This document shows, piece by piece, positions 61,830 through 64,000 of a stretch of 64,000 nt of DNA (position 1 is the stretch's first letter; the number at the start of each line of letters is the position of its first letter). A program made the position numbers and the translations under genes. The stretch is from Takakia lepidozioides (Eukaryota; Plantae; Bryophyta): contig CM060732.1 in NCBI GenBank assembly GCA_030704615.1, positions 13,578,001 through 13,642,000 on the forward strand. Direction: 5' to 3'. Under the pieces are notes generated by a model. That model saw only the letters and a program-made list of their open reading frames with translations, had not been told where the DNA came from and did no database searches.

Positions 61830-64000
61830 CCTAAGACCTTTTCCAATATATGCAGGGAAAGGGGATCCTGATGTACACATTAGCCAATTTGAGCACATGT
61901 GTATTGTGAACAATGAGAATGGCGATGATGCCAAGATGAGACTGTTTCCTTGTTCACTTATCAAGAAAGCAAGTGAATGGTATGCAAGATTCCCTGACAA
62001 TCATTTCCTAACCTGGAATGACCTTAGTACAGCATTCCGAAACAGGTTCAGGACAAGCAAAACTGAGGATGAAGTGTATGGAAGTTTACAACAGCTAAAG
62101 CAAAAGAAGCATGAAACTGTTGAAGATTACATGGAAAAGATGGAATTGATGATGAAAAAGTTGGCTGTTGTACCAGCACCAGGGTTACAGAAGACCTGGT
62201 TTGTGAGTGGATTAAGACCTGAATTACAAAAGAAAGTGGATATGCTACCCCATAATACAGTGGAGGAGGCATTTGAAACAGCCAACAGAATTGAGCAATT
62301 GGGAATGCTTAGAAGAGACAAAAAGGAAGATGAGGACTCTGAGGATGAGTCAGATGAGGAAGAAGAGCAAGAGCTCAAGAGGAAGAGTAAAAATAAATAA
62401 AAATTGAAGAGGGACAACTATGAGAAAAGACTGGAGGAGGTCTTGAAGTATGCCACAGAGGCTGCAACACATTGGAGGAAGGGTGCTTGGTGTGCAAAAT
62501 GCCAGAATGAAGGCCATACCACAACTGAATGTCACATGAAGGAGAAACACTGTACTATTTGTAAAATGAATAACCATTCTACTGAGAATTGTTACTACAA
62601 CAGAAGGGCAGCTGCAAGAGAACCTAGGCAAATGAGGGTGCATCAAGTGCAGGCCCAGCAAAGGAGAAACAATGATCAGGACCACTATGGAAGGCCTGGT
62701 GGTTATAACAATGGTATGGCGGGGAGAGGTAATCCAAGAGGGAATTACCAAGGCAATCCCAGAGGCAACTACCATGGTAATCCAAGGGGGAATTATCAGC
62801 CAGGGAATCAGGATTATAGAAATAATCCCAGAGCAGACCAAGGGCAAGGACCCAATGGTGAAGAACTGTGTTACTACTGTAATCAGGCGGGACATCACAA
62901 GGTAGCCTGTCCATTCTGGATCAGACACCAGAATGAGATGAGAGCTCCTGTAAATGAGGCCCCAGTGGTGGCAGCTCACATAGTTAGGCCATGTTTTGTA
63001 CCAGAAGTAAGTACAATGATAGTAACCAGAAGCAAAGCTAAACAAATACCTCCAGTGGATGAGGAAGAAGAGGGTAATGAGGATGGCAGTGAGGTGTCTG
63101 AAGATGATGAGGCTTGGAGAGATGAGAAGGAACTTCACAGGGAAGTGGCTGACACCATAAGGGAAATGCAGAAGAATACTGATATCCCCATGGTAGATAC
63201 TTCTGACTCTAATAGAGAAGATGGAGAGGGTGAAGAGGAAGTGAAGAAGGAAGTTGCACAAATGCAGAGTAATGAAGAGATTTTGGCTAAAGTAATATGC
63301 TAGACCAAAGCTGAGATTACCACGGGACAGCTATTGGCTGTGGCACCTCATTGTAGGCACAAGCTGTATCAAGCAATTAATCAGATTGCTCATGTGACAG
63401 AGAACACAGACCTGAACAGCAAGGTGACAAGTTATAATGTGAGGCCTGAGGGGTGAGAAATAGTCATGGACTTTGATGATTCTATGCCAGTAATCCAATT
63501 GAGAATTGGAAGCACAGACTTGACTGATGTACTGATAGATGGGGGCTCGGGAGTGAATATTATGACAGAGCAATTAAGGCAGAAGCTTGGTCTGAGTAAC
63601 ACGAAACCAGCCCCATTTACAGTAACAATGGCAGATCAAAGGAGTGTACAGCCTTTAGGCTTGATAAGAGGAGTAAAGATACAGATCCAAGAGATGATTT
63701 TTAAGATCACGGTGACTGTGTTGAAAATGGATGATGTCATGGAAGCTTACTCCTTATTGCTGGGTCGACCATGGCTGAAATAGGCCAGGGTATTCCATGA
63801 CTGGAATTCCCAGTTACTGACTGTGCATGATGGGAAGCACAAGATACAGGTCACCACTAAGAAATCTAGTAGGCTACCTGCTACTAGAAGACCTCGTGGA
63901 GTCAGAGAGTATGACTGGAGAGGAGGACTCGATGAGGAGCAGGAAGCTACTTTGTTTGCTGCGCACCCGGAGTGGGAGTAGGTTGCAGAAATGCAACTGG
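61830..64000 (+). pseudogene. Ty3/Gypsy gag-protease, 5'-truncated, with nonsense mutations
   Basis: RLFPCSL..ASEWY..TWNDLSTAFRNRF..LKQKKHETVEDY (gag); three CxxCxxxxHxxxxC knuckles; VLIDGGSGVNIM and LLGRPWL (aspartic protease). Confidence 0.92.

Noticed and set aside
62350-63261. 303-aa hydrophobic minus-strand ORF
   Set aside because: It is antisense to the purine-rich gag region and has no independent support.

Overview
This is a transposon-dense eukaryotic window with no clear host gene. GT-AG introns, chromovirus, CACTA, hAT and L1 elements, and CGA>TGA / CAG>TAG decay suggest land-plant heterochromatin, probably a non-seed plant (inference). The main observation is an 11.3-kb DNA transposon (8337-19659) with imperfect TIRs and an exact target-site duplication, inserted in the middle of a hAT transposase. 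It carries a Mutator-type DDE transposase (N-terminal GCM-like domain, C-terminal SWIM) and, divergently, a multi-exon cargo gene. Spliced by hand, the cargo encodes a ParB/Sulfiredoxin-like domain fused to a beta-order N4/N6 DNA amino-methyltransferase-like domain, and two of its introns contain arrays of a ~22-bp palindrome. A second, divergent GCM-MULE (46652-54241, 8-bp TSD) keeps a short remnant homologous to that cargo. Independently, a CACTA element (32752-~40720) carries a SET-domain ORF upstream of its transposase exons, possibly sharing exon 1 with them. The rest consists of Ty3/Gypsy fragments and LTRs, two L1 LINEs, a tRNA-derived SINE, a ~2.3-kb-arm foldback element and tandem arrays. 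All domain calls come from motifs read by eye; no searches were run.
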